From the IMG/VR virus record IMGVR_UViG_3300028607_003036, positions 4,039-68,038 of that record: a stretch of 64,000 bases of DNA; one strand, written 5' to 3'. Under the pieces are notes generated by a model, which ran no database searches, was not told where the DNA came from, and worked only from the letters and a program-made list of their open reading frames with translations. The position numbers and the translations under genes were made by a program. The stretch comes from a virus. Shown piece by piece: positions 46,567-58,606 of this stretch (its first letter is position 1; the number at the start of each line of letters is the position of its first letter).

Positions 46567-47510
46567 TCTTGTAGTTCAGATTTATATTCACTTTGTTTGA
46601 CTGAATTGTTAGAAAAAATAGAATATGGAAAATTATACGATAGATCAATCTTTGATGTAAAATTTTCTGTTTCAAAGTGATTCTTAATTAGATTATATAA
46701 TGTATTTTTGGATATATCACAATAATTGGCTAACGAGAGTAGATCTTCAGCTTCTAATAATCTTAAAGGAGTTGTATTTTTCATTTCTTCTTTAATTTTT
46801 GGTTGATTTATCACTCTTGATTGTGTGCTTCTAATTTGATATAAGATTGGTAACGTTTTTACATTTCCCAGTTTAGATAATATTACTAATAATAATCTCT
46901 CCAAATAATTAATTTTTGCTAAAGACTTGTTCTCTTGAAAAAATTTAAAACACTTTAATATTATGTCACTCCTAAAACAGGCGTGGTTTCTAGCATAGAA
47001 TGATTTATTTAAAATATTTTCTATTCTTCCAAGAGTATTATCTGAATAGAACTGTTCATTTGTACAACTAATATATGCTTCTGGATATTTAACTTTTACA
47101 TCTACCCCGTCGTGTGATAAATTGTTCTTAAACTCATCTGGTTGAAATCCACTTTGTGGAACATGAATATATAAATCAGAATATTGACCATCAACACATA
47201 CATAATCTAAATTTTTATCTAAAAACTCTACACATTTTGATATAGCTGATTTTATAACTAAATCGTCATCAGCACATTCTATTGTATATTTAGTGTCTAT
47301 GGTTTTGTAAACATTATACATTTTATCAAAGTAATTCATTTTTGGATAATATTGATATTCAATCCAGTTGCACCGTTCTATTCCTTTAATTGGTTCATCT
47401 GAAGATTCTGCTAAGATTATTTTAAATGACTCGTTTTTATAAAAATGAAGTATACGATTTACATTTTCTTTTCTATTTTTTACAGTTATTATTAATGTTA
47501 AGTCTAGCAT
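46542..47510 (-). CDS. TIGR00180-like glycosyltransferase
   Basis: ITVKNR...RILHFY, LAESS, TKY.IECADDD, CVEFLDKNLDY. Confidence 0.85.
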   Translation of the reverse strand: MLDLTLIITVKNRKENVNRILHFYKNESFKIILAESSDEPIKGIERCNWIEYQYYPKMNYFDKMYNVYKTIDTKYTIECADDDLVIKSAISKCVEFLDKNLDYVCVDGQYSDLYIHVPQSGFQPDEFKNNLSHDGVDVKVKYPEAYISCTNEQFYSDNTLGRIENILNKSFYARNHACFRSDIILKCFKFFQENKSLAKINYLERLLLVILSKLGNVKTLPILYQIRSTQSRVINQPKIKEEMKNTTPLRLLEAEDLLSLANYCDISKNTLYNLIKNHFETENFTSKIDLSYNFPYSIFSNNSVKQSEYKSELQECVEYMMQ

Positions 47511-47537
47511 AATTCACATTTAGTTACAAATATCCAA

Positions 47538-48464
47538 TTATTCATAATCTTTTACCAATTTAATTATTTTCTTAATATCTTCACTTGAAAGTTTATGATG
47601 TAGTGGCAAGCTTACAGTCTTGCTTGATTCTCTCTCAGATTTCTGAAACTGATATAATTGAATTTGATTCTTAAATGATGGGTGGTATATCTTATTTTTA
47701 TGAAGGCATGGGTAGTGAATTCCGCATGTAATACCATTTTCTTTCATATACTTAACAAATTTTTCATTGTTGTCAACCTGAATCCTATAGAGATGATCAC
47801 TTTTATTTTGATAATTTAATGCATCATTATATATGGTACGTACTTCCGCAATTTTCTCTTTTCGTTCGTCAAGTGTTTTTAATTGCTGAAACGCTGCATA
47901 CACTTGAGGAACAATCATATAATTGTTATATCCAATCATCAATTGGCGACCATGACTAAAATCTAAACCACTCATAGCCTTTTGACGAAACCAATCTATA
48001 CGACCTTTATCGTTGGACACGACGGCAGCACCACATAATGCTCCACATATTTTTGTGGGATAAAAACTGTATATAATAATATCACTACTATGTTTGACTT
48101 CGTCAAACTGATTTCTATCCAATCGGTGTGCCGAGTCAATGATACCGGGATATAATTGGTAAGACCACCCTACCCATTCAGTATCTTCTACAAAATTAAG
48201 AAAGTTATCCGAATTTATAATTGCATTAGCTACAACATATGGAAGTATTGTTGGTACACTTATTGATTTTTTATATACATATTTTTGTTGTAGTGCTAAG
48301 GTGATGGCTGTGGTGGCGTTACTGATTAATGCCACGTATTTAGCGTTGGTATATTTGCAGAAAGCTTCTTCAAACTCAGGGACTACATCGTCGTATATTA
48401 AGTTTTTAAACTTAGAGCAATCTATGTTTCCATCGTATACTGGAAAAAGATTAATCACTAGCAT
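47538..48464 (-). CDS. DegT/DnrJ/EryC1/StrS sugar aminotransferase (compact)
   Basis: SNATTAI.LAL, IDSAH, SFYPTKI (PLP Lys), GIHYP, VSLPLH. Confidence 0.88.
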   Translation of the reverse strand: MLVINLFPVYDGNIDCSKFKNLIYDDVVPEFEEAFCKYTNAKYVALISNATTAITLALQQKYVYKKSISVPTILPYVVANAIINSDNFLNFVEDTEWVGWSYQLYPGIIDSAHRLDRNQFDEVKHSSDIIIYSFYPTKICGALCGAAVVSNDKGRIDWFRQKAMSGLDFSHGRQLMIGYNNYMIVPQVYAAFQQLKTLDERKEKIAEVRTIYNDALNYQNKSDHLYRIQVDNNEKFVKYMKENGITCGIHYPCLHKNKIYHPSFKNQIQLYQFQKSERESSKTVSLPLHHKLSSEDIKKIIKLVKDYE

Positions 48465-48735
48465 TCTCCGAGTACATCAATCTTCTAAGAGCATGAACTG
48501 CTTTACCAGTTTTACAATCTTCATAATGACCACGCTCATCTGTTAAGTCTGCTTCGCATTCTATACAAAGATTAGTAGGATTTGTTAATAAATAACCACC
48601 TTGTAATAGTTCATCAAATTTTTCAGCAATTTTCCAGAGATCTTCTAGTTCTTTTACAGCCGAATCTATACATGGTTCATCTTCTCTTCTACAAAATCCT
48701 GCAAGTGTTAGTTTACTACTATCTAAATCAAACAT
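48451..48735 (-). CDS. Hypothetical protein
   Basis: C..C...H..C motif. Confidence 0.6.
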   Translation of the reverse strand: MFDLDSSKLTLAGFCRREDEPCIDSAVKELEDLWKIAEKFDELLQGGYLLTNPTNLCIECEADLTDERGHYEDCKTGKAVHALRRLMYSENASD

Positions 48736-49201
48736 TATGATTTCTCCGTATAATTATCGTATAAATATTTACCAATATATCTCATTTCCTCTATTGAAAT
48801 TTTCTGGTCTAGTCTTGACTGATTAGGATCTGTGAAATCTGATTTAAATAGATTATCATACCAATCTGCTACACTAAATAATATGCTTTTATTATAATCA
48901 TTATATTGTATTGCATATACAGAAAATCCTGTTGGCCTGTAATAACATGAATAATTTAGAGTTATAGAATGGTTATGTATACATATATCTTTACCAATGG
49001 GGCCAATATTCATATTTATGAAATATTCTTGTGGAAAATACGAACCTATAAAAGTTTCTATTCCTATTTCATGATCAGGTTCAAAAAACTTTATTCCTTC
49101 TTGTAAAATCTCTTGAGCGTGTTGCCCTAATTTAAATTCTGGCTTAGGTAATTTTACAAATGGAATTAAACTAAGCGACGCTAGGAAACCTCTTCTAATC
49201 A

Positions 49202-49202
<1 letters not shown>
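48735..49202 (-). CDS. Protein with twin-arginine-like N-terminus (MIRRGFLASLSLIPF)
   Basis: RRxFL motif. Confidence 0.7.
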
Positions 49203-51179
<1,977 letters not shown>

Positions 51180-51186
<7 letters not shown>

Positions 51187-51467
51187 TATTCTCCCGTAAT
51201 AGTAGTTCCATTTGATTTAACAGCAAGGTAGTGATTTCTATCTACAAATATTTTAGACTCATTTATAGGAATGTCAAATATTATAGCGTCGTCTATCCCA
51301 TCTGCTAATCCAAAATCTTTTCCGTAATAGTTTAATGAAACCTCTGAGAATCTTTTAATATCATCTACATAAATTATTTCTATTTGCCACTCCATATGTT
51401 CAATGATATCTAGAAAGATAACAAATTTTGATTTATTATAAGTTTTACCATTTGTTTTATAGCTCAT
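51180..51467 (-). CDS. Hypothetical protein
   Basis: 95-aa ORF. Confidence 0.6.
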
Positions 51468-52105
51468 ATTTTTTTAAGGAATCTGGCCGGATTCCCCACC
51501 CAAATTTCGTTATCTGGTACATCATGTAAAACGACACTGCCGGCACCTACTATTGAATTTTCTCCTATTGTAACGCCGGGAATTACTGTTGCTCCAGCAC
51601 ATATCCAGGCATTTTCTTTAACAGTAACACATCCACATAGTGTAGCATTTGGAGCGATTTCTACACCATCTTCTAATATACACTCGTGATCTATAGAACA
51701 ACACTGATTTAGTATGACCCAGTTACCTATCTTAACTTTGGTTCCTATTGTTACACGGGGTGATATTTGTAATCCTTTTCCAAGTTTTAGATCATAGTTA
51801 GTAACGGTACTTTTATGTGCAAGAAGATGTGGTTTTAATCCCCATTTTTCTAGTCTTTCTGATATTAGTCTGCGTTCTTTTGCATATGGATTTCCAATAG
51901 TTACACAGAAATAATCAACCCCATCTTTATCTAGTCGTTTTTGTAATCCACAACATTTATCACTAAATACTTCTTGCCCCTCGTATTCTCTTTTATATCT
52001 ATCTATCATATGAGATATGGTTAAATCATAATTGTAGAGAGCTATAGGTTTCATTATTTCAAACTGACCACCTATCCCGTAAAATACAATATATTTCATA
52101 ACCAA
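51464..52105 (-). CDS. NeuD/PglD/PerB-family sugar acetyltransferase
   Basis: TIGNP..K..I, hexapeptide repeats, SIDHEC, VGNPAR. Confidence 0.92.
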   Translation of the reverse strand: MVMKYIVFYGIGGQFEIMKPIALYNYDLTISHMIDRYKREYEGQEVFSDKCCGLQKRLDKDGVDYFCVTIGNPYAKERRLISERLEKWGLKPHLLAHKSTVTNYDLKLGKGLQISPRVTIGTKVKIGNWVILNQCCSIDHECILEDGVEIAPNATLCGCVTVKENAWICAGATVIPGVTIGENSIVGAGSVVLHDVPDNEIWVGNPARFLKKI

Positions 52106-52133
52106 TCTACTGTGTCTGACATTGGTATTAACA

Positions 52134-53102
52134 TCATAGATTAATATTTCTTAAAGCTTTTAGGGTTTCTTCTATACATTCATATACTGAGCCTTGGGGA
52201 AGAAGTCTTTTATGATATATACGTGGATCATAATAATCCTTTGCACCAAAGTTGGGAAATGCAAATAGTTTTCTCATTTTTGAGCTGGAAACTTTGTAAT
52301 TATATTGATTTATTAATGGAGAATCAACCCACTCTATATCAAAGTATTTTTGTACAGATAACATTGATAAAATCCGCTTAAGAGTATAATTTTTTGTTAA
52401 AATATTTAAAGTTTCATTTTTATATTTACTATATGTGGCACATATATGAACAACTTCTAAACAATCAGTCAAACAAAGATAAGGTCTATAAAAATTGAGA
52501 GCTTCGGTCCAGACTGGAAGTGGCTTTCGCATTATTGAATTAAAACAAAATTTGTTGACGGCTGTCTGATTTCTCCACCCCGGCGACCACCCACAAATAG
52601 TTCCAAATCTAAGTATCATATAATCCATATCTCTTTGAATATCTTTTCTTAAATATTTTTCAACTTCAAACTTACCGTCAGCATAGGGTGATTGAGGATT
52701 AATTGTTCCTTCGTCAAATTCTTTAATTGGAGTATCATCTTGAGATAAACCATAAATACTTGTGCTTGAGGGGAAGATAAATTTTTGAACCTTTGCTAAT
52801 GTACACTTATCTATAAAATCAATAGTATCATCAACATTAACCTGTTTTACCAAAACTTCGTTATCAAATGATTTAGACGCATCTACAATAGCTGCTAGAT
52901 GAATAACTGTATCGAATTGTCTCAAAAAATCTATAGATAGATCTTGAAAGGATGACTCTACAAAATTTATACTGCGTGGCAGATTAAATAAAGAACAATA
53001 TCTTTGAGTATGAAAATTATCAACGGCGGTTATATCTGTTTTCCAATTATGGAGAAGATAGCTACCAATGTAGCCTGCGGCTCCAGTTAAAAGAGTTCTC
53101 AT
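52134..53102 (-). CDS. NAD-dependent epimerase/dehydratase (extended SDR)
   Basis: TGAAGYIG, HLAA, PSSTSIYG, YADGK, LRFGT. Confidence 0.93.
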   Translation of the reverse strand: MRTLLTGAAGYIGSYLLHNWKTDITAVDNFHTQRYCSLFNLPRSINFVESSFQDLSIDFLRQFDTVIHLAAIVDASKSFDNEVLVKQVNVDDTIDFIDKCTLAKVQKFIFPSSTSIYGLSQDDTPIKEFDEGTINPQSPYADGKFEVEKYLRKDIQRDMDYMILRFGTICGWSPGWRNQTAVNKFCFNSIMRKPLPVWTEALNFYRPYLCLTDCLEVVHICATYSKYKNETLNILTKNYTLKRILSMLSVQKYFDIEWVDSPLINQYNYKVSSSKMRKLFAFPNFGAKDYYDPRIYHKRLLPQGSVYECIEETLKALRNINL

Positions 53103-53545
53103 TTTAATTCCTCAATAATATATAAAAGGTATTCTTGCCAGCTATTAATATAATCTTCTTTACTATACTTTCGATCCCAAAATACTAACAAAGACGTATC
53201 TCTTGTATAATATATCTCCTCACTCCAAACCATATATGGAACTAAAATAGAATCTCCCGGTTTTAATATATATTTAGTAAATTTTTCATATAAATCTCTA
53301 CATGTTACTTGAATAGTTCCATTTAAACATATCATTAATTGAGAAGTATTAAGATGAGCGTGTTTTCCCCGTATTTCTCCGGGATCTACTCTTACTACTG
53401 AAAAACAATGTATAGGTTTAAATGGCATAGTGGAAAAATCATAAGCAGTTAATGTTCCTCCACCACTTGAAAATCCAGGAAAACCACTTAATTGTACATC
53501 ATTTATAGTGGGATATTGTTTTTGTTTTTTCATAAATCTTTTCAT
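53099..53545 (-). CDS. FdtA/QdtA/WxcM-like sugar 3,4-ketoisomerase (cupin)
   Basis: RGKHAH...Q..ICLNG, YMVWSEE, DYI. Confidence 0.88.
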   Translation of the reverse strand: MKRFMKKQKQYPTINDVQLSGFPGFSSGGGTLTAYDFSTMPFKPIHCFSVVRVDPGEIRGKHAHLNTSQLMICLNGTIQVTCRDLYEKFTKYILKPGDSILVPYMVWSEEIYYTRDTSLLVFWDRKYSKEDYINSWQEYLLYIIEELK

Positions 53546-53572
53546 TGTTTTTTTTTGGATATTGATCTATAT

Positions 53573-54028
53573 TTATCTATTTTCTAGACTCCAATTTTCA
53601 CCAAAGCTTCCAACAGGAAGTTTAAAATCATCATTTGGTGTCCACTTTTTATCTAACCAATAAAGCAAAATAGCTTCCTCGCTGCCAATATTCATATAAC
53701 CATGGTAAGAATGGTATGGTAGTTCAAGAACTTGTGGGTTTTTATCTGATAGATAATGAAATTTCATTTCATATAAATCTGAACACCAACCTCCTATACT
53801 TTTTGATATTACTTCTTTACATGCAAAAATTGTACTTTCTGGATGTATGGACTCAGCAATTCCAACTTTTAACTGTCCCTTAATTAAAAACCAATAATCT
53901 AAATATTCATGAGCGTGCCATGCAGAAATAGATCCATTAGCAGGAATGTAGGACACATTAACTTGTCCATGATCCATAGGAAATATATCCATGAGAGATT
54001 GTTTTCTATCATCTTGAAAAAATTTCAT
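53573..54028 (-). CDS. RmlC-like cupin (sugar epimerase-like)
   Basis: DDR, AWHAH, GQLKVG, YHGYMN. Confidence 0.75.
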   Translation of the reverse strand: MKFFQDDRKQSLMDIFPMDHGQVNVSYIPANGSISAWHAHEYLDYWFLIKGQLKVGIAESIHPESTIFACKEVISKSIGGWCSDLYEMKFHYLSDKNPQVLELPYHSYHGYMNIGSEEAILLYWLDKKWTPNDDFKLPVGSFGENWSLENR

Positions 54029-54035
54029 AGTTTCG

Positions 54036-54122
54036 CTACTTCAGCCATTTAATACAGGCGGCAACTCCAAGGGTAACTGCGAAAACGATTAAACATATCA
54101 TACCTATTGCTAAAAAATCCAT
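54036..54122 (-). CDS. 28-aa membrane peptide
   Basis: MDFLAIGMICLIVFAVTLGVAACIKWLK; the ATG abuts the upstream stop. Confidence 0.5.
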   Translation of the reverse strand: MDFLAIGMICLIVFAVTLGVAACIKWLK

Positions 54123-54829
54123 TATAATACCTCGTTCTTATCTACAGAATATTTAATAATACTAGGATCTAACACAAATCTCGAAATAATACCGTCCCAA
54201 TCATATCCAAATAATTGACATTCTCTATCACAACATAGAGAGACAAGCTGTTTCGTATTATAGTTATAGAATGATTTATAATCTGTTTTATTAGTAGAAG
54301 CGTTAATTTTTTCTTTTTTCCCAACTTTAATATCAATACTATCACAAAGATTGTATAACTCTTCACTTAGATTCTCGGTACGAAGTATAAAATCTGGTAC
54401 ACAATCTCCTTTCACATTGAATAGATTATAGTATAAGAAGTTTTTTTGATAATATTGGAAGCTGTCATTATTAAACCGCTGAGAATAGAAATTTTTAACA
54501 AATTGAGGAAATGTTTCTCCATATACATTCTCATGTTCTTTTGGTCCGGACATAATCCAGCGGAATGCTACAAGTTTTCCACGTGCAGGATTAGATTGGT
54601 GTTTCTTGGTCCACCAACTTACCAACAAATCATAGGGGTTTCTTATCGTCGTAAAACAAACGGCTTTCCCTTGATCTTTTTCTCTATAAAATTGCTCATA
54701 TAACTTAATACGATCTTCTAGTTTTTCACTTTCATCAAAATAAAAAAATCTGTGGCCTTTTTCGTGTTCAAGAACCTTTTTACAATATGTACTGCCGGTT
54801 CTTGGTATGGCTAGATAATAGAGATTCAT
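54122..54829 (-). CDS. Sulfotransferase family 2 (carbohydrate sulfotransferase-like)
   Basis: 5'-PSB IPRTGST, 3'-PB RNPYDLLVSW, DFILRTENL, INAS...DYKSFY. Confidence 0.88.
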   Translation of the reverse strand: MNLYYLAIPRTGSTYCKKVLEHEKGHRFFYFDESEKLEDRIKLYEQFYREKDQGKAVCFTTIRNPYDLLVSWWTKKHQSNPARGKLVAFRWIMSGPKEHENVYGETFPQFVKNFYSQRFNNDSFQYYQKNFLYYNLFNVKGDCVPDFILRTENLSEELYNLCDSIDIKVGKKEKINASTNKTDYKSFYNYNTKQLVSLCCDRECQLFGYDWDGIISRFVLDPSIIKYSVDKNEVL

Positions 54830-55039
54830 TTAATCTTCTCCAAACACTCTGTCCTGACATTTCTGACACATCTTAGATATATTCCATTCCTTGCGAGAGA
54901 TTTTATTTCTAAATCCATCTTCAGATTGTTTTTTTCCACATTGAGAGCAGTGATTTTGATGATTATCATAACCATGTGGAGCTATCTTGTTTAGAAATGC
55001 TTCCATTTCAGGTGATTTCATTTTTAACCTCATGTACAT
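54830..55039 (-). CDS. Small Zn-binding phage protein
   Basis: CSQC...FRNKISRKEW.IS.MCQKCQD. Confidence 0.75.
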   Translation of the reverse strand: MYMRLKMKSPEMEAFLNKIAPHGYDNHQNHCSQCGKKQSEDGFRNKISRKEWNISKMCQKCQDRVFGED

Positions 55040-56264
55040 AGGGCTGTGTGGTTATCCAAGTTCCCTTAAAATTATTGTGTTTCTTAAGGATCTCATCCTG
55101 ATAGTTAGGAGCGGCAAGATAAATAACATCTGCTACTTCATTTAAATCTTCTGGTTCCTTTACGATGGGAATATGTGTTAGTGAAGTAAATTTACCAATT
55201 TTTTCTAAAGTTGTATCTGTAATACATTCAATCAGATCTCGTGAATAATTCATATCCATTTTTGTTTTATCAGCATCTTCATGACCGTTTATTACATAAT
55301 TTAAATATGAATAGATAGTACTAGATTTACTTGTTGCACCAAAAGCCATTTTTCTTTTACCAAAATTATTTTCTAAATATTCATAGAATTTTTCTATATT
55401 CCCTCTTACCTGTTCAGCAAATCTAAAATATGTTTCCAGTTCTTGTAATTTTGCGGTACTTTCTTCATATCCGAGCAATCCATTCATATCATCATCATAA
55501 GGAATATTAAAATTTCCTTTTTCAAAGAAGTATCGTTGAGAACCCATATGAATATCTGGTAATTCCTGTATCTTTACTAATCTTAACCCATGGTTATATG
55601 AGATTTTCTCTAATGCTATTCCTGAAAATATATAATGATGTTCATCATAAAATTGAGAATATGCACAACTCTTGATTGTATGTGATAATGATGGATCTTC
55701 AGTAATTAAAACTCCGCCATCTTTTAATGCTATGAAACACGCTTCAAAGAATTCATCTATATCTGAAACATGACACGCACAATTAGTCGCATAAATTAAA
55801 TCAAATTGACCACACTCTTCTTTTACTATCTTTGCATTTGATATATTCCAGAAAAATGGATAACACCTGTATCCTTCATTGTTTAGCTGATCGCAAAAGT
55901 TTTCACATGGTTCTACAGAAACTGCCTGATTTGTTAGAAAATTCTTTAGGAAAGTTCCATCGTTGCTACCAATTTCTAGTATTTTTTCACATTCAAAATT
56001 CTGTTTGATATAATCGGCAGCACTTTTAAAATGTCGTCTCATTGTTTGAGAACCACCAGTACGGTACGGGTAGTCTTTATTAAACATTAGCTTTGCATCA
56101 GGTTGCTCAACTAGTGAGACTAAGTAGTTCTCGGTATTAAATTGAACTTTAAGAGGAAAAGAATATTCAGTTGCTTTACCACTTTCGTAGGAGTCTTTCT
56201 CTTCTTTTGTAATGAACTTGTTTGAAAGGGGTTGAATTCCTAGGTCCAAAAATGTATGTTTCAT
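55008..56264 (-). CDS. NDP-sugar C-methyltransferase family
   Basis: LG.QPLSN, EIGSNDGTFL, NCACH, YDEH..IFS, FGATSK. Confidence 0.9.
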   Translation of the reverse strand: MKHTFLDLGIQPLSNKFITKEEKDSYESGKATEYSFPLKVQFNTENYLVSLVEQPDAKLMFNKDYPYRTGGSQTMRRHFKSAADYIKQNFECEKILEIGSNDGTFLKNFLTNQAVSVEPCENFCDQLNNEGYRCYPFFWNISNAKIVKEECGQFDLIYATNCACHVSDIDEFFEACFIALKDGGVLITEDPSLSHTIKSCAYSQFYDEHHYIFSGIALEKISYNHGLRLVKIQELPDIHMGSQRYFFEKGNFNIPYDDDMNGLLGYEESTAKLQELETYFRFAEQVRGNIEKFYEYLENNFGKRKMAFGATSKSSTIYSYLNYVINGHEDADKTKMDMNYSRDLIECITDTTLEKIGKFTSLTHIPIVKEPEDLNEVADVIYLAAPNYQDEILKKHNNFKGTWITTQPYVHEVKNEIT

Positions 56265-56265
56265 T

Positions 56266-56577
56266 TTATTTTTCCTTCAAGTTATGACTTTGTAATTCTT
56301 GATGTTGTTTATATGCATGATCAAACATTTCTTTATAAGCCCTGTTTAATAATTTTAGTTCCCTCTTTTGGTTTCTGACCTTATGTTCTAAATGTCCAAT
56401 ATACTCTATACGATTTATATTTGGTTCATTCGTAGTTGCCAGTAACATTTCTACTAACACTTCTTTGTTTTTATATTTTTGGCACAGCCTATCATATTCA
56501 TAGTTGACACGATCATTCCAGCACAGCTTTTGGTTGTGATTCCATCTTAGATATTTTCCTATTAACCATTTAATCAT
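56266..56577 (-). CDS. Hypothetical protein
   Basis: 103-aa ORF. Confidence 0.6.
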   Translation of the reverse strand: MIKWLIGKYLRWNHNQKLCWNDRVNYEYDRLCQKYKNKEVLVEMLLATTNEPNINRIEYIGHLEHKVRNQKRELKLLNRAYKEMFDHAYKQHQELQSHNLKEK

Positions 56578-56619
56578 TGTTTGTTTGTAGTTTGTGATAA
56601 TAATTTATCTTTTTTAGGA

Positions 56620-57453
56620 TTAAATAATTTTGAAGTCATGTAAATGTTCATCCTCTTTAAAAATAAATGGAAGCTGTTCACCGAATTTATTCTTGTTATA
56701 AAACGATTCTGTAAAATGCATGCCTTCTTTTCCAATATATATAGCACGATTCATACAGAAACGATAGCGTTTCATGTCATTTTGAGCTATTGCCCATTCT
56801 TTTCCACAATCTTGCCCTGTGACGTTAGACTTCCAATGACCCATTTTTTTAAAGAACTCAGAAATTTTAGCATGTGGTCGCTGTCTATATTCTACGTTAC
56901 GCACAAGATCATAATATTGATCAAATAGAGGGCGTATTCTTACGTGGTTGGATGATATGAATATCTCTGCAAAATGATGGTGATTATCGGATACTAAAGT
57001 GTCTAATTCTCTTGATTCATTATCCATCTTTCGGAAACCGGGGCTGAATGAGAAAATCGTTTCCTCATGCTCATCAAGATAGGGGATTAGTTCTAGTGCC
57101 AGCTTAAACCAGTGTGGACTTAATACTACATCATCTTCTAATAACATTACATAATCATAGTGGTTAGTGAGATAACAGAGTCCTTCATATTGATTAACTG
57201 CAAGACCTACATTATCTTTATCTCTTGAGTGAACTTCTTTATTTGGAATAGAAGATTCTTCAAATATTAGTGTGCAATTTATACAATCCATTGGTTTTGC
57301 TACAAGAACTCCAAGAGTTTTAGACATGTGACCATCTTGGAAGAGATGAAATTCAAAGTTATCAAGGTGTGAAGCACTTTCTATTGATTTAATCTGTTGT
57401 TTTAAATAGTTTGGTCTGTTGAAACTAAATATTCCTACTCCAATTTTTACCAT
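56620..57453 (-). CDS. GT-A glycosyltransferase (GT2-like)
   Basis: FSFNRPNYL, FQDG, MLLEDDVV. Confidence 0.85.
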   Translation of the reverse strand: MVKIGVGIFSFNRPNYLKQQIKSIESASHLDNFEFHLFQDGHMSKTLGVLVAKPMDCINCTLIFEESSIPNKEVHSRDKDNVGLAVNQYEGLCYLTNHYDYVMLLEDDVVLSPHWFKLALELIPYLDEHEETIFSFSPGFRKMDNESRELDTLVSDNHHHFAEIFISSNHVRIRPLFDQYYDLVRNVEYRQRPHAKISEFFKKMGHWKSNVTGQDCGKEWAIAQNDMKRYRFCMNRAIYIGKEGMHFTESFYNKNKFGEQLPFIFKEDEHLHDFKII

Positions 57454-57527
57454 TTACTTATCCACCTCTTTTTCTCTATCAACTCCAGCCACTGAATTGT
57501 TAAGACTAGATTCCATCAATATATTTC

Positions 57528-58244
57528 CTATCTAGAATGACTTCTAGCAATAACTCTTTTAGTACCTTCCTCTTTAAGAAAGCCTCCAAAATGAAACATA
57601 GAACTGTGAAAGAAAAACATAGAACCGGCACTTCCTTCAATAGGAATTAGTTTATCTTCTATGGGGGCAAGTTCGGGATAATCCTTAACCTTATTTCTTA
57701 TCTTTGCATAATCAGACGTTTCCTTTAATGCATTCTGCCTGACTCTTTCTCCTAGGACTTGAGAACCTGGAATACAATGAAACGCACCATTTTCTACAGT
57801 TACATCATTAACATATATAAACGATTTACAGGTGGGGGTTTTGTCTACATGTGTAAACATATTAGGACTCCATTCATCTTCTGGAATCACATTTGTTTCT
57901 TCTGTGAGAAATATTTCTTCTGCAAAAGAAAAATTAGAACGATCTATCCACTCTCTATAAATATCATATTGCCAATCTGAACAAAATGTTTTATAAATCA
58001 TCGGATATTTTAGTCTTATATCTGTTTTATCTTTAGTTTTCATCCTACATGCACGACCAGGACTATAACTGGCTGCCAACTTTTCATACTCAAAACACTG
58101 AAAGACTTCCTGCTGAAATCCTGCTAAGTCTTCTCCTTCTAAAAAGGATGGAATAAAACAGATTCCAAATTCTCGTATAATATCTACAACTTTATTTGGA
58201 TTTTCTAGTGCTAATTGTTTATCTATAGTAAATTTATAATTCAT
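57528..58244 (-). CDS. PhyH-family 2OG-Fe(II) dioxygenase
   Basis: THVD, IYVNDVTVENGAFHCIPGSQ, GSAGS.FFF.S..FH.G. Confidence 0.88.
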   Translation of the reverse strand: MNYKFTIDKQLALENPNKVVDIIREFGICFIPSFLEGEDLAGFQQEVFQCFEYEKLAASYSPGRACRMKTKDKTDIRLKYPMIYKTFCSDWQYDIYREWIDRSNFSFAEEIFLTEETNVIPEDEWSPNMFTHVDKTPTCKSFIYVNDVTVENGAFHCIPGSQVLGERVRQNALKETSDYAKIRNKVKDYPELAPIEDKLIPIEGSAGSMFFFHSSMFHFGGFLKEEGTKRVIARSHSR

Positions 58245-58606
58245 TAGCGTTTATCCCATATTATTTTGTTTATCTTGTAATATGATTTTGGTATAGTTCG
58301 TTCGTATATTTTTTGTCTTTTTACTAAGTGAGAAATATCTATTTGCCATTTATTATCTTTTAAACGTTTTATTTCTATCATATCTTCTCTAGCTTTTTGT
58401 GGTACAAACATTTCTATTGCAGCTTCAGAATCTATCCAACAGTGTAAATCTTTGTCTATAACCATTTGCCAATGAGGAATCCATGCAGCTTCAAGAACGT
58501 CTAAATCTTTTACATGTCTATTTAATTTTTCAATAGGGAATTTATCATGAGCAAAAGTAGTACTAGCAATTATACAAATAATAAGTGGGGCTAGAACTTT
58601 TCTCAT
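58244..58606 (-). CDS. Exported hypothetical protein
   Basis: Signal peptide MRKVLAPLIICIIASTTFA. Confidence 0.7.
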   Translation of the reverse strand: MRKVLAPLIICIIASTTFAHDKFPIEKLNRHVKDLDVLEAAWIPHWQMVIDKDLHCWIDSEAAIEMFVPQKAREDMIEIKRLKDNKWQIDISHLVKRQKIYERTIPKSYYKINKIIWDKR

